From Eledone cirrhosa (taxonomy: Eukaryota): a stretch of 64,000 nucleotides of DNA. The notes below the pieces were generated by a model. It was given only the letters and a program-made list of their open reading frames with translations, was not told the DNA's origin and searched no databases. Made by a program: the position numbers and the translations under genes. Within the stretch, counting starts at the first letter, position 1. Every line of letters starts with the position of its first letter. The stretch is from the NCBI GenBank assembly GCA_964016885.1, contig OZ024741.1, positions 399,032,001 through 399,096,000 of the forward strand. The letters are read 5' to 3'. This document shows positions 12,837 through 24,415 of this stretch, in pieces.

Positions 12837-15668
12837 TCAGGTGTAGTTTTGGCGTATTTCGGGAAGCATGAGTGTCTTAAAGGATGCAGTGTCTCGGCAG
12901 CTAACAATTGACGCAGGCAGTTTGTTCCATGTTTCAGCAACTCTGAGCGTGAAAAAATGTCTGCGAAAGTCATGGGAGCTGTGCTGTTTTCTTATCTTGT
13001 AGGCATGTCCACGTGTGTTAGACACATGGAGATCAAAGAGGCGCTCAGGGTTGCAGTTGGCGAGATGGTTAAAAACTTTGTGGGTATTCACCAAGTCCAC
13101 TGCCAGACGTCGGAGCTTCAATGAATCCATGCCCAGGGAAGCAAGGCGTTCAGAGTATGGTAGGTGTCTGATGGAGGGTATGCGCTTGGTTGCACGTCTC
13201 TGAACAGTTTCCAGGAGGTCAATGTTCCGAGCAAGATAGGGGTTCCAGACTGATGATGCGAATTCCAAGTGTGGTCGCACCATAGCTGTATACAGTTTTA
13301 AATAGATGGCTGGAGAGCGGCTAACAAAGGTCTTGCTGAGTGATGCCAAGACACCCTCGGCCTTCTTGACAATCTTAGAGACATGCTTTGTCCAACGCAA
13401 ATCGTTGCTGACAGTAATGCCTAGGTCACGTTCACAAGAGGACTTTTTGATGTCAGTGTTGTGGAGGGAGTATGTGGACGCTGGATTTTTCCTTCCAAAA
13501 TGCATGGTGGTACACTTGTCCACAGCCAGCTTCAGTTGCCAGTCTGTGATCCATTGCTGCATTGTGTCCAGGTCTGATTGTAGGAAAGAGTTGTAAATTT
13601 CAGGATCAGTCCTTTTGATTTCAAGGTACAGCTTGATGTCATCTGCATATTTTAGTACCGTGGCATTCTGTAAGTTGGCATCTATGTCATTAATATATGC
13701 CACAAACAAAAGAGGACCAAGAACAAATCCCTGTGGTACACCAGATGACATCTCATATGGTGAAGAATGCTGTCCTAGAACCGTGACTACTTCCCTTCGG
13801 CTGAGAATGAAGGATTTCAGCCAGTCGAAAAGATCATCCCTCACACCCATTGCAGAGAGTTTTGCCATAAGTCTTTTGTGTGGCACAGAATTAAAAGCCT
13901 TAGCAAAGTCAAGGTAAACAACATCCACCCATGAGCCGCTGTCAGTGATCCGGGTGATGTCCTCAAGGAACTCGATAAGCTGATCACAGCAGCTGGAGTT
14001 AGGGATAAATCCAAACTGTGAGGGCCGGATGAGGCTGTGAGAGCTCCAGAAGTTCCAAAGTGTTTCTCTGACACAGGATTCCATCAGTTTGGCCATACAG
14101 CTAGTAAGACTGACTGGACGATAGTTGACAGGTGACATGCGGTTGCCCTTTTTGAACAGGGGAATGACACTGGCAGTTTTCCACTGCTCCGGAGTAGCAC
14201 CATTGCTGAGACAGTATTGAAAGAAAAAAGAAAGCTGGCGCAAAAGGAAATCCCCGCCACGTTTGAGAAGCAGGTATGTCACACCATCAAGACCAGGGGA
14301 GGCATAGTTGCGCTTATTCTTAAGGTGACGTCGCAACATTGCAGGTGTAAATTCCATAGTTGTTATGGAATTTGATGTTAGAGATGGTGGAGATGGTACA
14401 TTCTGGTTTTCAACAGTAAAAATACTTGCATAGCACTCAGCAATGAGTTCTGCGCATTCCTTGGGATCGTCAGTGATCTGGCTTGTGTGGGGATTGCGAA
14501 GAGGACCAACTGGAGAGTGAGGTCTCTGCTTTGAATGAACATATTTCCAGAACACCTTACTGTCAGGATTGGTTGCGATGCACTGTTCAAATTCAAGCAC
14601 TGCCTTCTTTGTCACTTGCTTGAGATGGTTAGAAGATTTATTCCGCTTTTTTCTGTTGGCATCTGATCTATGCAGTTTATATTCCCGTTCAGCGTTCCGA
14701 CGTTCTTTCCTGGCAAGTCGGACTGCTGAAGTTTCCCAGATTGCACTTTTGGGGTGGTTATTTTTCCGCTTCCGTGGCACTGATGCTGCACACGCTATCC
14801 ATATTGAGTCCAGGATGCTCTGGAGTATAGAGTTCACATCTCCAGAGTTATACATCTCATGCCAGTTTGGGCGCTGTAGCTCAGTGCAGTACAAGTTCCA
14901 ATCCGCCCTCTTCCAATCAAAGCAAGCAGATTGGAGATGGCTCTGGTTTTTGTTGCTGCCCTCAAGTGCCAGATTGGCAATGATCATAGCATGATCAGAG
15001 TCGCCTAGAGGTTCCTCAGTAGTACAACTGATAACCACTTCAGGAGTAGTGGTGAAGATCAGGTCCAAAGTGTTGTCACCTCTTGTTGGAGAGGTGACTA
15101 CTTGTGACCAGTTTGAGTCCAGCACTAGTTCAAGGAAATCGTTTGCACCCTGTGGCCAACGAAAGGTTTCCCAATCGATCTCAGGATGATTGAAGTCACC
15201 TGCAATAAACACATAAGTGGCTGTTTTCTTGGCAGCAACTCTGAGGATATCGCAAAGCTGTGTGTCCTGATGGTAGTTTGGGGGGCGATAAACAACACCA
15301 AGCAGAAGTGTTGACATGGTCATACGTATGTCACAGAAAAAAACTTCTTCCTGTGATTCGTTCAAATCAACGCAAGGAATTACCAAAAAGTTTGAACGAA
15401 CGTAGACCATCACACCACCACCACGGCGGTTAATGCGGTCCTTGCGGAAAAGGTTGTACCCAGTAATGGTGAAAACCCCATCACAGAGTAAGGAATGTGC
15501 CCATGTTTCCGTGACTGTGATGAAGTCAGGGTCGATGCTTCTGACGTAGGATTCGAACAGATGTATCTTGTTGCATAAACTGCGAGCATTTAAGGACAAC
15601 AATTTGTACCCTGCTCGCAGTCTATGATGGTGTGTAGAGGGTGGCAGGTTGTTCTGGTTTAGTTTCCC
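12837..15668 (-). CDS. LINE ORF2: apurinic-like endonuclease plus reverse transcriptase (CR1 clade)
   Basis: 921+ codons uninterrupted; LNARSL, VTETW, GDFN, LDLI, SDH (APE); YRPVSLTS, YLDFAKAF, GVPQG-VLGP, YADD (RT); VRPHLEF…VWNPY…VQRRATK (CR1 C-terminus). Frame is open upstream of 15602 into the end of ORF1. Confidence 0.95.
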   Translation of the reverse strand, partial: GKLNQNNLPPSTHHHRLRAGYKLLSLNARSLCNKIHLFESYVRSIDPDFITVTETWAHSLLCDGVFTITGYNLFRKDRINRRGGGVMVYVRSNFLVIPCVDLNESQEEVFFCDIRMTMSTLLLGVVYRPPNYHQDTQLCDILRVAAKKTATYVFIAGDFNHPEIDWETFRWPQGANDFLELVLDSNWSQVVTSPTRGDNTLDLIFTTTPEVVISCTTEEPLGDSDHAMIIANLALEGSNKNQSHLQSACFDWKRADWNLYCTELQRPNWHEMYNSGDVNSILQSILDSIWIACAASVPRKRKNNHPKSAIWETSAVRLARKERRNAEREYKLHRSDANRKKRNKSSNHLKQVTKKAVLEFEQCIATNPDSKVFWKYVHSKQRPHSPVGPLRNPHTSQITDDPKECAELIAECYASIFTVENQNVPSPPSLTSNSITTMEFTPAMLRRHLKNKRNYASPGLDGVTYLLLKRGGDFLLRQLSFFFQYCLSNGATPEQWKTASVIPLFKKGNRMSPVNYRPVSLTSCMAKLMESCVRETLWNFWSSHSLIRPSQFGFIPNSSCCDQLIEFLEDITRITDSGSWVDVVYLDFAKAFNSVPHKRLMAKLSAMGVRDDLFDWLKSFILSRREVVTVLGQHSSPYEMSSGVPQGFVLGPLLFVAYINDIDANLQNATVLKYADDIKLYLEIKRTDPEIYNSFLQSDLDTMQQWITDWQLKLAVDKCTTMHFGRKNPASTYSLHNTDIKKSSCERDLGITVSNDLRWTKHVSKIVKKAEGVLASLSKTFVSRSPAIYLKLYTAMVRPHLEFASSVWNPYLARNIDLLETVQRRATKRIPSIRHLPYSERLASLGMDSLKLRRLAVDLVNTHKVFNHLANCNPERLFDLHVSNTRGHAYKIRKQHSSHDFRRHFFTLRVAETWNKLPASIVSCRDTASFKTLMLPEIRQNYT

Positions 15669-16807
15669 AGAGTTGTAGCAGTTTTTACATTGCCAGTTAT
15701 TGTGGGTAGATCACACTCTGACCAGCTGGTATCTCTCTTCCACGTTTCACCCGCCTTGACAAACCTCCAGATCTGCCCATCATCACGCAGACTGAAACTT
15801 TCATCTTGTGCTGAGTTCCGATTCAAGGAGGCTGCAGCACGTAGTTTTGGACGTACATGGGGTGGTAGGCCTGGGCGTGTTCGGAAGGTAATCCGATTTT
15901 CACGCCCAGCTTTAGCAGAGGCCAGATGATATGAGGTTGCCTCTGCGGGGTCCGAGAAAGACAGCCTGATGAGTCTGGGTTTTGGACCAGGTCGACCAAG
16001 GCGGAGGGCACCCTTTGGGGGAACACAGCCTAGGTCTTTGGCCGAGCTGGCAGCAAATGCCTGAACATCGGCCTTATCCTCTGGTACCCCAATGGCAATC
16101 ACTTCATGGGTAGCAGATTCCGCAGTCTTTTCAGTCTTTCCAGCAAGAGGTACAGGGAGATTCTTTAGCAAGGCATTCCGATAAGACCCCTCATTGTGGG
16201 GTCCTACCCGAATGCTTGCCTCTATTCCTGCAACTTCCCTTCTCAGAGCAGAAATCATTAGTTGCAGTTCCGCAAAATCTGTACTGGTCGGTTGTTGTTG
16301 TTGTTGTTGTTGTTGCTGCTGCTGCTGTCGTTGTTGGTGATGATGTTCCTCCACGGGAATGGCAGGGGAGGACACAGTCGCAGGTTGTTGCTGTTGTTGT
16401 TGTTGGTGATGATGATGTTCCTCCACGGGAATGGTAGGGGAAGACACAGTCACCAGTTGTTGGTGTCGAGATGTACTGGGAGTGGAAGACATGGGTTGTT
16501 GTTGTTTCTGATGTTCTCCCACAGGAATAACAGTAGAAGCCAGTGTCATAGGTTTTTGCCGTTGTTCAGTAACAGTGGTAGAGGAAGACACAGTCATTGG
16601 TTTTTGTTGTTGTTGTTGTTTTTCAATAACATTAATAACATTCGTGGAGGCAGGCACACAGGCCAGACACTGAAAGGACCAGGATTTTAGCTGGACCATC
16701 TCCCATATTCCATCCATCATAGCATTATGGTGTCTCTTTTTTTGGCCTGGGATCCTCCGGAAGCCTGTGGCGCATTGAAGGCAGACAGAGATGCGACAGG
16801 TTCCACG
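15659..16807 (-). CDS. LINE ORF1 (PHD-like remnant, polyQ/H repeats, coiled coil, RRM-like domain); N-terminus missing
   Basis: Frame continues upstream of Met 16720 as GTCRISVCLQCATG…; WSFQCLAC; FAELQLMISALRREVAGIE; VIAIGVPE…LRLGR…PRLIRLSF. Confidence 0.85.
   Translation of the reverse strand, partial: RGTCRISVCLQCATGFRRIPGQKKRHHNAMMDGIWEMVQLKSWSFQCLACVPASTNVINVIEKQQQQQKPMTVSSSTTVTEQRQKPMTLASTVIPVGEHQKQQQPMSSTPSTSRHQQLVTVSSPTIPVEEHHHHQQQQQQQPATVSSPAIPVEEHHHQQRQQQQQQQQQQQQPTSTDFAELQLMISALRREVAGIEASIRVGPHNEGSYRNALLKNLPVPLAGKTEKTAESATHEVIAIGVPEDKADVQAFAASSAKDLGCVPPKGALRLGRPGPKPRLIRLSFSDPAEATSYHLASAKAGRENRITFRTRPGLPPHVRPKLRAAASLNRNSAQDESFSLRDDGQIWRFVKAGETWKRDTSWSECDLPTITGNVKTATTLGN
15662..15668 (-). 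promoter_or_regulatory. Putative -1 ribosomal frameshift heptamer G_GGA_AAC
   Basis: CTG GGA AAC TAA ends ORF1; the -1 frame GGG AAA CTA AAC… is the ORF2 frame. Confidence 0.6.
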
Positions 16808-16818
16808 TATATATATAT

Positions 16819-17052
16819 AACGAAGGAAATGTGGTAAGGAACCAGATGGACCATAACGTCAAAGTACTCAATACTTAGGGTAGTGGAGTGGGTAATAGGA
16901 ACGAGTAGGACCCCGACGGCTGAGCTCAAGTCGTTTCCACGGCTATTTCTCGACTAAATGAAAGAGGTTTTGGAAATAGGATAAACATTTTCATTTAGTC
17001 CAGAACTAGCTGTCGAAACGGCTTGAGCTCAGCCGTCGGGGTCCTACTCGTT

Positions 17053-17056
<4 letters not shown>
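16819..17056. mobile_element. Family A tail+hairpin mini-element
   Basis: Same as 5522-5696 with the longest central segment; (TA)n flanks. Confidence 0.85.
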
Positions 17057-17130
<74 letters not shown>

Positions 17131-17352
17131 CCTTTGCCGTAAAGCGAACACTCTTGTGCCACTGTCTACTCCCAGCCATTGTTGCCTGTTATCAAGGCAC
17201 ATAATCTGGCTTGGGTGTGACGTGTCTGCATATGTTTATATAAAAACACTGTCAGCATGAATTTTAGCCACGACTGTAATGTGAGATGATAACATTACAG
17301 GCAAACATATATAGGGAGTGAGCACAGACAGACAGATGTATATATATGTGTA

Positions 17353-17530
<178 letters not shown>

Positions 17531-17652
17531 CAAGGCTTAGCAAATAGAGATTATATATATATATATATGTATGTATATATGTGTATATATATACATATAT
17601 AAATGTATATATACATATATATATATATAGACATACACACACACACACACAT

Positions 17653-17691
<39 letters not shown>

Positions 17692-18099
17692 TATATACAT
17701 ATATACGTATATATATATATATATATATATACATATATACTTGTGTGTGTGTATATGTCTATATATATATGCATACACACACACACACATATATATATGT
17801 ATATGTATGTGTGTGTGTATATGTATATATATATAGAGAGATACACACATACACACATATATATATATATATATGTATATGTGTGTGTGTGTGTGTGTGT
17901 GTATATGTAAATATATATATACACACACACACACACACATATATACACACATATGTATATATATACACACACACATATATACATATATATGTATATATAT
18001 ATATATCATTATCATATAATGTTTACACTTGCACCATGCACACACACACACATGTATGTAGAGATGCATGTATATGTATATGAGAAAAAAGAGAAAGGA

Positions 18100-18359
18100 A
18101 GAAAATGAGAGAGGTGTGTGTGGGAGAGAGAGAGAGAGTGAAGCTGAGAGTGAGAGAGAGAGAGAGAGAAGGAAGGTGTATGTGTATTTGTTTGTGTGTG
18201 TGTGTGTGAGAGAGAAGGAAGGTGTATGTGTTTTTGTTTGTGTGTGTGTGAGAGAGAGAAGGAAGGTGTATGTGTGTGTGTTTGTGTGTGAGAGAGAGAG
18301 AGAGAGGAAGGTGTATGTGTGTTTGTTTGTGTGTGTGAGAGAGAGAGAAGGAATGTGTA

Positions 18360-18390
<31 letters not shown>

Positions 18391-21300
18391 AGGAAGGTGT
18401 ATGTGTGTTTGGGTGTGTGTGTGAGAGAGAGAGAGAAGGAAGGTGTATGTGTGTTTGTGTGTGTGTGAGAGAGAGAGAAGGAAGGTGTATGTGTGTGTGT
18501 TTGTGTGTGAGAGAGAGAGAGAGAGGAAGGTGTATGTGTGTTTGTGTGTGAGAGAGAGAGAGAGAAGGAAGGTGTATGTGTGTTTGTGTGTGAGAGAGAG
18601 AGAGAGAGAAGGAAGGTGTATGTGTGTTTGTGTGTGTGTGAGAGAGAGAGAGAAGGAAGGTGTATGTGTGTTTGTGTGTGTGTGAGAGAGAGAGAGAAGG
18701 AAGGTGTATGTGTGTTTGTGTGTGTGTGAGAGAGAGAGAGAAGGAAGGTGTATGTGTGTTTGTGTGTGTGTGTGAGAGAGGGATAAGGAAGGTGTATGTG
18801 TGTTTGTGTGTGTGTGAGAGAGAGAGAGAAGGAAGGTGTATGTGTGTTTGTGTGTGTGTGTGTGAGAGAGAGAGAGAAGGAAGGTGTATGTGTGTTTGTG
18901 TGTGTGTGTGAGAGAGAGAGAGAAGGAAGGTGTATGTGTGTTTGTGTGTGTGTGTGAGAGAGAGAGAGAAGGAAGGTGTATGTGTGTTTGTGTGTGTGTG
19001 AGAGAGAGAGAAGGAAGGTGTATGTGTGTTTGTGTGTGTATGTGTGTGAGAGAGAGAGAAGGAAGGTGTATGTGTGTTTGTGTGTGTGTGTGAGAGAGAG
19101 AAGGAAGGTGTATGTGTGTTTGTGTGTGTGTGAGAGAGAGAGAGAAGGAAGGTGTATGTGTTTGTGTGTGTGTGAGAGAGAGCGAAGGAAGGTGTATGTG
19201 TGTTTGTGTGTGTGTGTGAGAGAGAGAGAAGGAAGGTGTATGTGTGTTTGTGTGTGTGTGAGAGAGAGAGAGAGAAGGAAGGTGTATGTGTGTTTGTGTG
19301 TGTGTGTGTGTGAGAGAGAGAGAAGGAAGGTGTATGTGTTTGTGTGTGAGTGAGAGAGAGAGAGAAGGAAGGTGTATGTGTGTTTGTGTGTGTGCGTGAG
19401 AGAGAGAGAAGGAAGGTGTGTGTGTTTGTGTGTGTGTGAGAGAGAGAGAGAGAAGGAAGGTGTATGTGTGTTTGTGTGTGGGTGTGAGAGAGAGAGAGAA
19501 GGAAGGTGTATGTGTGTTTGTGTGTGTGTGTGAGAGAGAGAGAGAAGGAAGGTGTATGTGTGTTTGTGTGTGTGTGAGAGAGAGAGAAGGAAGGTGTATG
19601 TGTGTTTGTGTGTGTGTGAGAGAGAGAGAAGGAGGGTGTTGTGTTTGTGTGTGTGTGTGAGAAGGTGTTGTGTGTTGGTGTGTGAGAGAGAGAGAAGGAG
19701 GGTATGTGTGTTTGTGTGTGTGTGTGAGGAGAGAGGGATGTGTGTTTGTGTGTGTGTGTGTGAGAGAGAGAGGAAGGAAGGTGTATGTGTGTTTGTGTGT
19801 GTGTGTGAGAGAGAGAAGGAAGGTGTATGTGTGTTTGTGTGTGTGTGTGTGAGAGAGAGAGAAGGAAGGTGTATGTGTGTTTGTGTGTGTGTGTGAGAGA
19901 GAGAGAAGGAAGGTGTATGTGTGTTTGTGTGTGTGTGTGTGTGAGAGAAGGAAGGTGTATGTGTGTTTGTGTGTGTGTGTGAGAGAGAGAAGGAAGGTGT
20001 ATGTGTGTTTGTGTGTGTGTGTGAGAGAGAGAAGGAAGGTGTATGTGTGTTTGTGTGTGTGTGTTGTGTGGGAGTGGGAGGTGGTGTGTGTGTTTGTGTG
20101 TGTGTGTGTGTGGAGGGAGGAGGTGTTGTGTGTGTGTTGTGTGGTGTGTGGGAGAGAGGGAAGGTGTATGTGTGTTTGTGTGTGTGTGTGTGGAGGAGAG
20201 AGGAGGTGTATGTGTGTTGTTGTGTGTGTGGTGTGGGAGGGGAGGTGTGTGTGTGTGTGGTTGTGTGTGTGGAGAGAGAGGAAGGGGGGTGTATGTGTGT
20301 GTGTGTGTGGTGTGTGAGAGGGAGGAGGGGTGTGTGTGTGTGTGTTGTGTGTGGAGAGGAGAGGTAGGTGTGTGTGTGTGTGTGTGTGGTGTGAGAGGGA
20401 GAGGGTAGGTGTTTGTGTGTTGTGTGTGGGGTGGGGAGGGGGGTGGGTGTTGTGTGTGTGTTGTGTGTGGTGTGTGGGGGGGTGGGTGTGTGTGTGTGTT
20501 TGTGTGTGGGGTGAGGGAGAGGAGGTGTGTGTGTGTTTGTGTGTGTGTGGGAGAGAGAGAGGTGTTGTGTGTTGTGTGTGTGTGTGTGTGGGTGAGAGAG
20601 GAGGGGTGGGTGTTGTGTGTGTGTTGGGTGGGGGTGGTGTGTGTGTGTGTTGGTGAGAGAGGAGGAGGTGTATGTGTGTTTGTGTGTGGTGGTGTGGGGG
20701 GGGGGGTGGGGGGGGGTGTTGTGTGTGTGTGTGTGGGGGGGGGGAGGTGTGTGTGTTGTGTGTGTGTGGGGGTGGGGGGGGTGTGTGTGTGTGTGTGGGT
20801 GGGGGGGGGGGGGGTGGTGTGTGTGTGTTGTGTGTGTGGGGGGGGGGGGGGGGGTGTTGTGTGTTTGTGTGTGGTGTGGGGGGGGAGGTGTTTGTGTGTT
20901 TGTGGTGTGGGGGTGGGGGGGGGTGTATGTGTGTTTGTGTGTGTGTGTGGGAGGGAGAGGAGGGTGTGTGTTTGTTGTGTGTGTGGGGGTGGGGGGGGTG
21001 TATGTGTGTTGTGTGTGTGTGTGGGGGGGAGGGGGTGTGTGTGTGTTGTTGTGTGTGTGTGAGGGAGGGAGGGGGGGTTGTGTGTTTGTGTGTGTGTGTG
21101 TGGAGGTGGAGGAGGGTGTTTGTGTGTTTGTGTGTGTGTGTGGGGGGGGGGGGTGTGTGTTGTGTGTGTGTGTGTGAGAGAGGAAGGAGGTGTATGTGTG
21201 TTTGTGTTGTGTGTGTGTGAGAGAGAGGAGGAAGGTGTATGTGTGTTGTGTGTGTGTGTGTGAGAGGTGAGAGGAAGGTGTATGTGTGTTTGTGTGTGTG

Positions 21301-21497
21301 TGTGGGAGAGAGGAGGGAGGTGTATGTGTGTTTGTGTGTGTGTGTGAGAGAGAGAGAAGGAGGTGTATGTGTGTTTGTTGTGTGTGTGTGAGAGAGAGAG
21401 AAGGAAGGTGTATGTGTGTTTGTGTGTGTGTGTGAGAGAGAGAGAAGGAAGTTGTATGTGTGTTTGTGTGTGTGTGAGAGAGAGAGAGAAGGGTGTA

Positions 21498-21530
<33 letters not shown>

Positions 21531-21560
21531 AGGAAGGTGTATGTGTGTGTGTGTGTGTGT
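18100..21560. repeat. ~40-bp compound minisatellite (GA)nAGGAAGGTGTATGTGTGTTT(GT)n
   Basis: Direct reading; degraded G-run section ~20050-21300. Confidence 0.95.
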
Positions 21561-21760
21561 NNNNNNNNNNNNNNNNNNNNNNNNNNNNNNNNNNNNNNNN
21601 NNNNNNNNNNNNNNNNNNNNNNNNNNNNNNNNNNNNNNNNNNNNNNNNNNNNNNNNNNNNNNNNNNNNNNNNNNNNNNNNNNNNNNNNNNNNNNNNNNNN
21701 NNNNNNNNNNNNNNNNNNNNNNNNNNNNNNNNNNNNNNNNNNNNNNNNNNNNNNNNNNNN
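21561..21760. other. Assembly gap (200 N)
   Basis: N run. Confidence 1.
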
Positions 21761-21977
21761 CGGCAAGGGAGACACGCTGGAAAAGCCACTCTAAGTCGCG
21801 GGGCTCACACCTGCGGCTGGCCAGCTCAGCGCCTATGGTGGTGAGTAGGGAGGTAACCCTAGGGCCGATGACACCAGAAATCTCCACTGTCAGGGGTACG
21901 ACCGCAAACCTGTCGGAGAGCGACCGGTATTTGAAGAGTTTGGCCTCTTCAGCCCGATGAGCAGCAGAACCTGGGTA
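21761..21977 (-). mobile_element. CRE-like non-LTR retrotransposon RLE C-terminal fragment
   Basis: YPGSAAHRAEEAKLFKYRSLSDRFAVVPLTVEISGVIGP…EPRDLEWLFQRVSLA, running into the gap. Confidence 0.7.
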
Positions 21978-22329
21978 TATATTGATATATTGAAAGTAGA
22001 TACGGAAAGTAAAAGAGTGTTGTCATATAGAGAGTGAAGAGAGACAGACAGTAAAGCAGTTAAATTATAGAGAGGGTGAAATGGAGAGAGAGAGAGAGAG
22101 AGAGACGACGCTCAGCTTATAATATTTGGGAGTGAAGAGCGATAGAGAGAGTAAAGCAGTTAAATTTTAGAGAGGGGAAAATGATCTGTTATAGAGAGAG
22201 GGAAGAGCGACGGAGAGAGTAAAGCTAAGAAACTATAGGGAGGTGTGTACGATACATACATACATAATACACACGACACTCAGCTTTATAATATTATATA
22301 TGTATATATGTATATATGTATATATATGT

Positions 22330-22810
<481 letters not shown>

Positions 22811-22946
22811 TAATTGCATGCATACATGCATGGATAATTACATACATACACTATAAATGCCTGAATAGATACATGCATACCCACATGTATATACACATGC
22901 ACATATTTTCTTTATTATGCATACATCCATGCACAGACATATGCAC

Positions 22947-23011
22947 ATTTAGGTACAATTGTTTCTATAGCAGTATTTCATGGAGACGGATCCCAGATCA
23001 TCAGCTTATAT
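22947..23011 (-). ncRNA. Degenerate hammerhead-like motif
   Basis: CUGAUGA…GAAACAAUUGUA on minus strand; stems I and II poorly paired. Confidence 0.3.
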
Positions 23012-23256
23012 TGACACCACTTGTTCTGAGTTCAATTACTGAAGAGACCGGCTTCGGCTTTCATCGCTTCAGTGTGTAAATGCTTTCCGTAAATATGGTT
23101 CTTAGCTAAATTTACTTTTAACGGCTTCTTATAATCTTGTATAAGCACCTGAAGAAAGGCCACTAATGTGGTGTCTCTTGTATTCTGGAAGTATGGTCAA
23201 ATTTGTGCCTTGAAGTCTTGAGAAGCGCCTTTGTTCCGTGTATGAACATAAATAGA

Positions 23257-23432
23257 TAATTGTTCTTTTCACACAAGGCCAGCAAATACCCAGTGCATTA
23301 CTGGTACTTTATTTTATCGACCCGGTAAGGATGAAAGGCAAAATTAACCTCGACGGGATTTGAACTCAGACCGTAAAGGGACGTAACTATGCTGGAAAGC
23401 ATGGCGTCCGACCCTCTACCGATACTGCCAAT
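23257..23432 (-). mobile_element. tRNA-derived SINE (family S1)
   Basis: Match to 29009-29200. Confidence 0.85.
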
Positions 23433-23464
23433 AAATAGATAATGATATATATATAGAGAGAGAA

Positions 23465-23496
<32 letters not shown>

Positions 23497-23532
23497 TGAG
23501 AGAGAGAGATACATAGACAGATAGATAGATAT

Positions 23533-23583
<51 letters not shown>

Positions 23584-23687
23584 TACAGATATATAGATAT
23601 ATGTAAGTATATATATGAATTTATATATATAGTATGAGATGTATGTGTGTGTATATATATATATATGTGTGCGTGTGTGTGTGTATG

Positions 23688-23726
<39 letters not shown>

Positions 23727-24034
23727 ATGTATATATATATGTGTGTGTGTGTGTATGTATATATATATATATATGTGTGTGTATGTGTATGTATATATAT
23801 ATATATATGTGTGTATGTATGTATCTATATATGCGTGTGTGTGTGAGGTCGACTGATAAATAAGAACTGTCTCGTGTTTCATTCATTTTTCTGTTGTCGT
23901 CGCCCAACATTTTTGAAATTAATTTTATAAGATCTTAGTTGCGTGGGATATTCTTTCATTTTTATATATATGTATGTCAGGGTGGTGTCCCAGCATGGCC
24001 TCAGCCGGATGGCTGGAACAGGTAATAGTGTAAA

Positions 24035-24089
<55 letters not shown>

Positions 24090-24415
24090 AATCTAGGAGA
24101 TGTTCCATTTGCTGTGTTTACATGGATATTTCTCACCCTTCACTTCGATCATACAGCTTTCATTAGTGATCTTGTTCAACTTGTTCATTCATTTGTAAAG
24201 ATATATTGATTTCTAGTTATCTGTTCAATCAGGTACCTGCTGTTAAACTCTTCCCTACCTTTCACCTTCTTACTATCTATTTCTAGCTTACACCCACGCC
24301 TATTATATATGTCTGTATGTTTGTTGGTGTCTGTATGTTTGTGTGTCTACATATTTACATATATATAAATTCACACAAAAACACATACATACGCACACAT
24401 ATATATACATATATA

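Larger units (their letters stand above)
12555..16808 (-). mobile_element. Near-full-length CR1-clade LINE (slightly 5' truncated)
   Basis: ORF1 + APE/RT ORF2 + 3' UTR with (ATT)n tail. Confidence 0.92.

Noticed and set aside
13015-16690. Plus-strand ORFs overlapping the LINE
   Set aside because: Antisense shadows of ORF1/ORF2 with no recognisable motifs
17551-21887. 1250-1412 aa ORFs and the many YI/HT/CV/SL-rich ORFs
   Set aside because: Translations of stop-free microsatellites, some reading through the N gap; only the CRE-like piece at 21761-21977 is coding-derived
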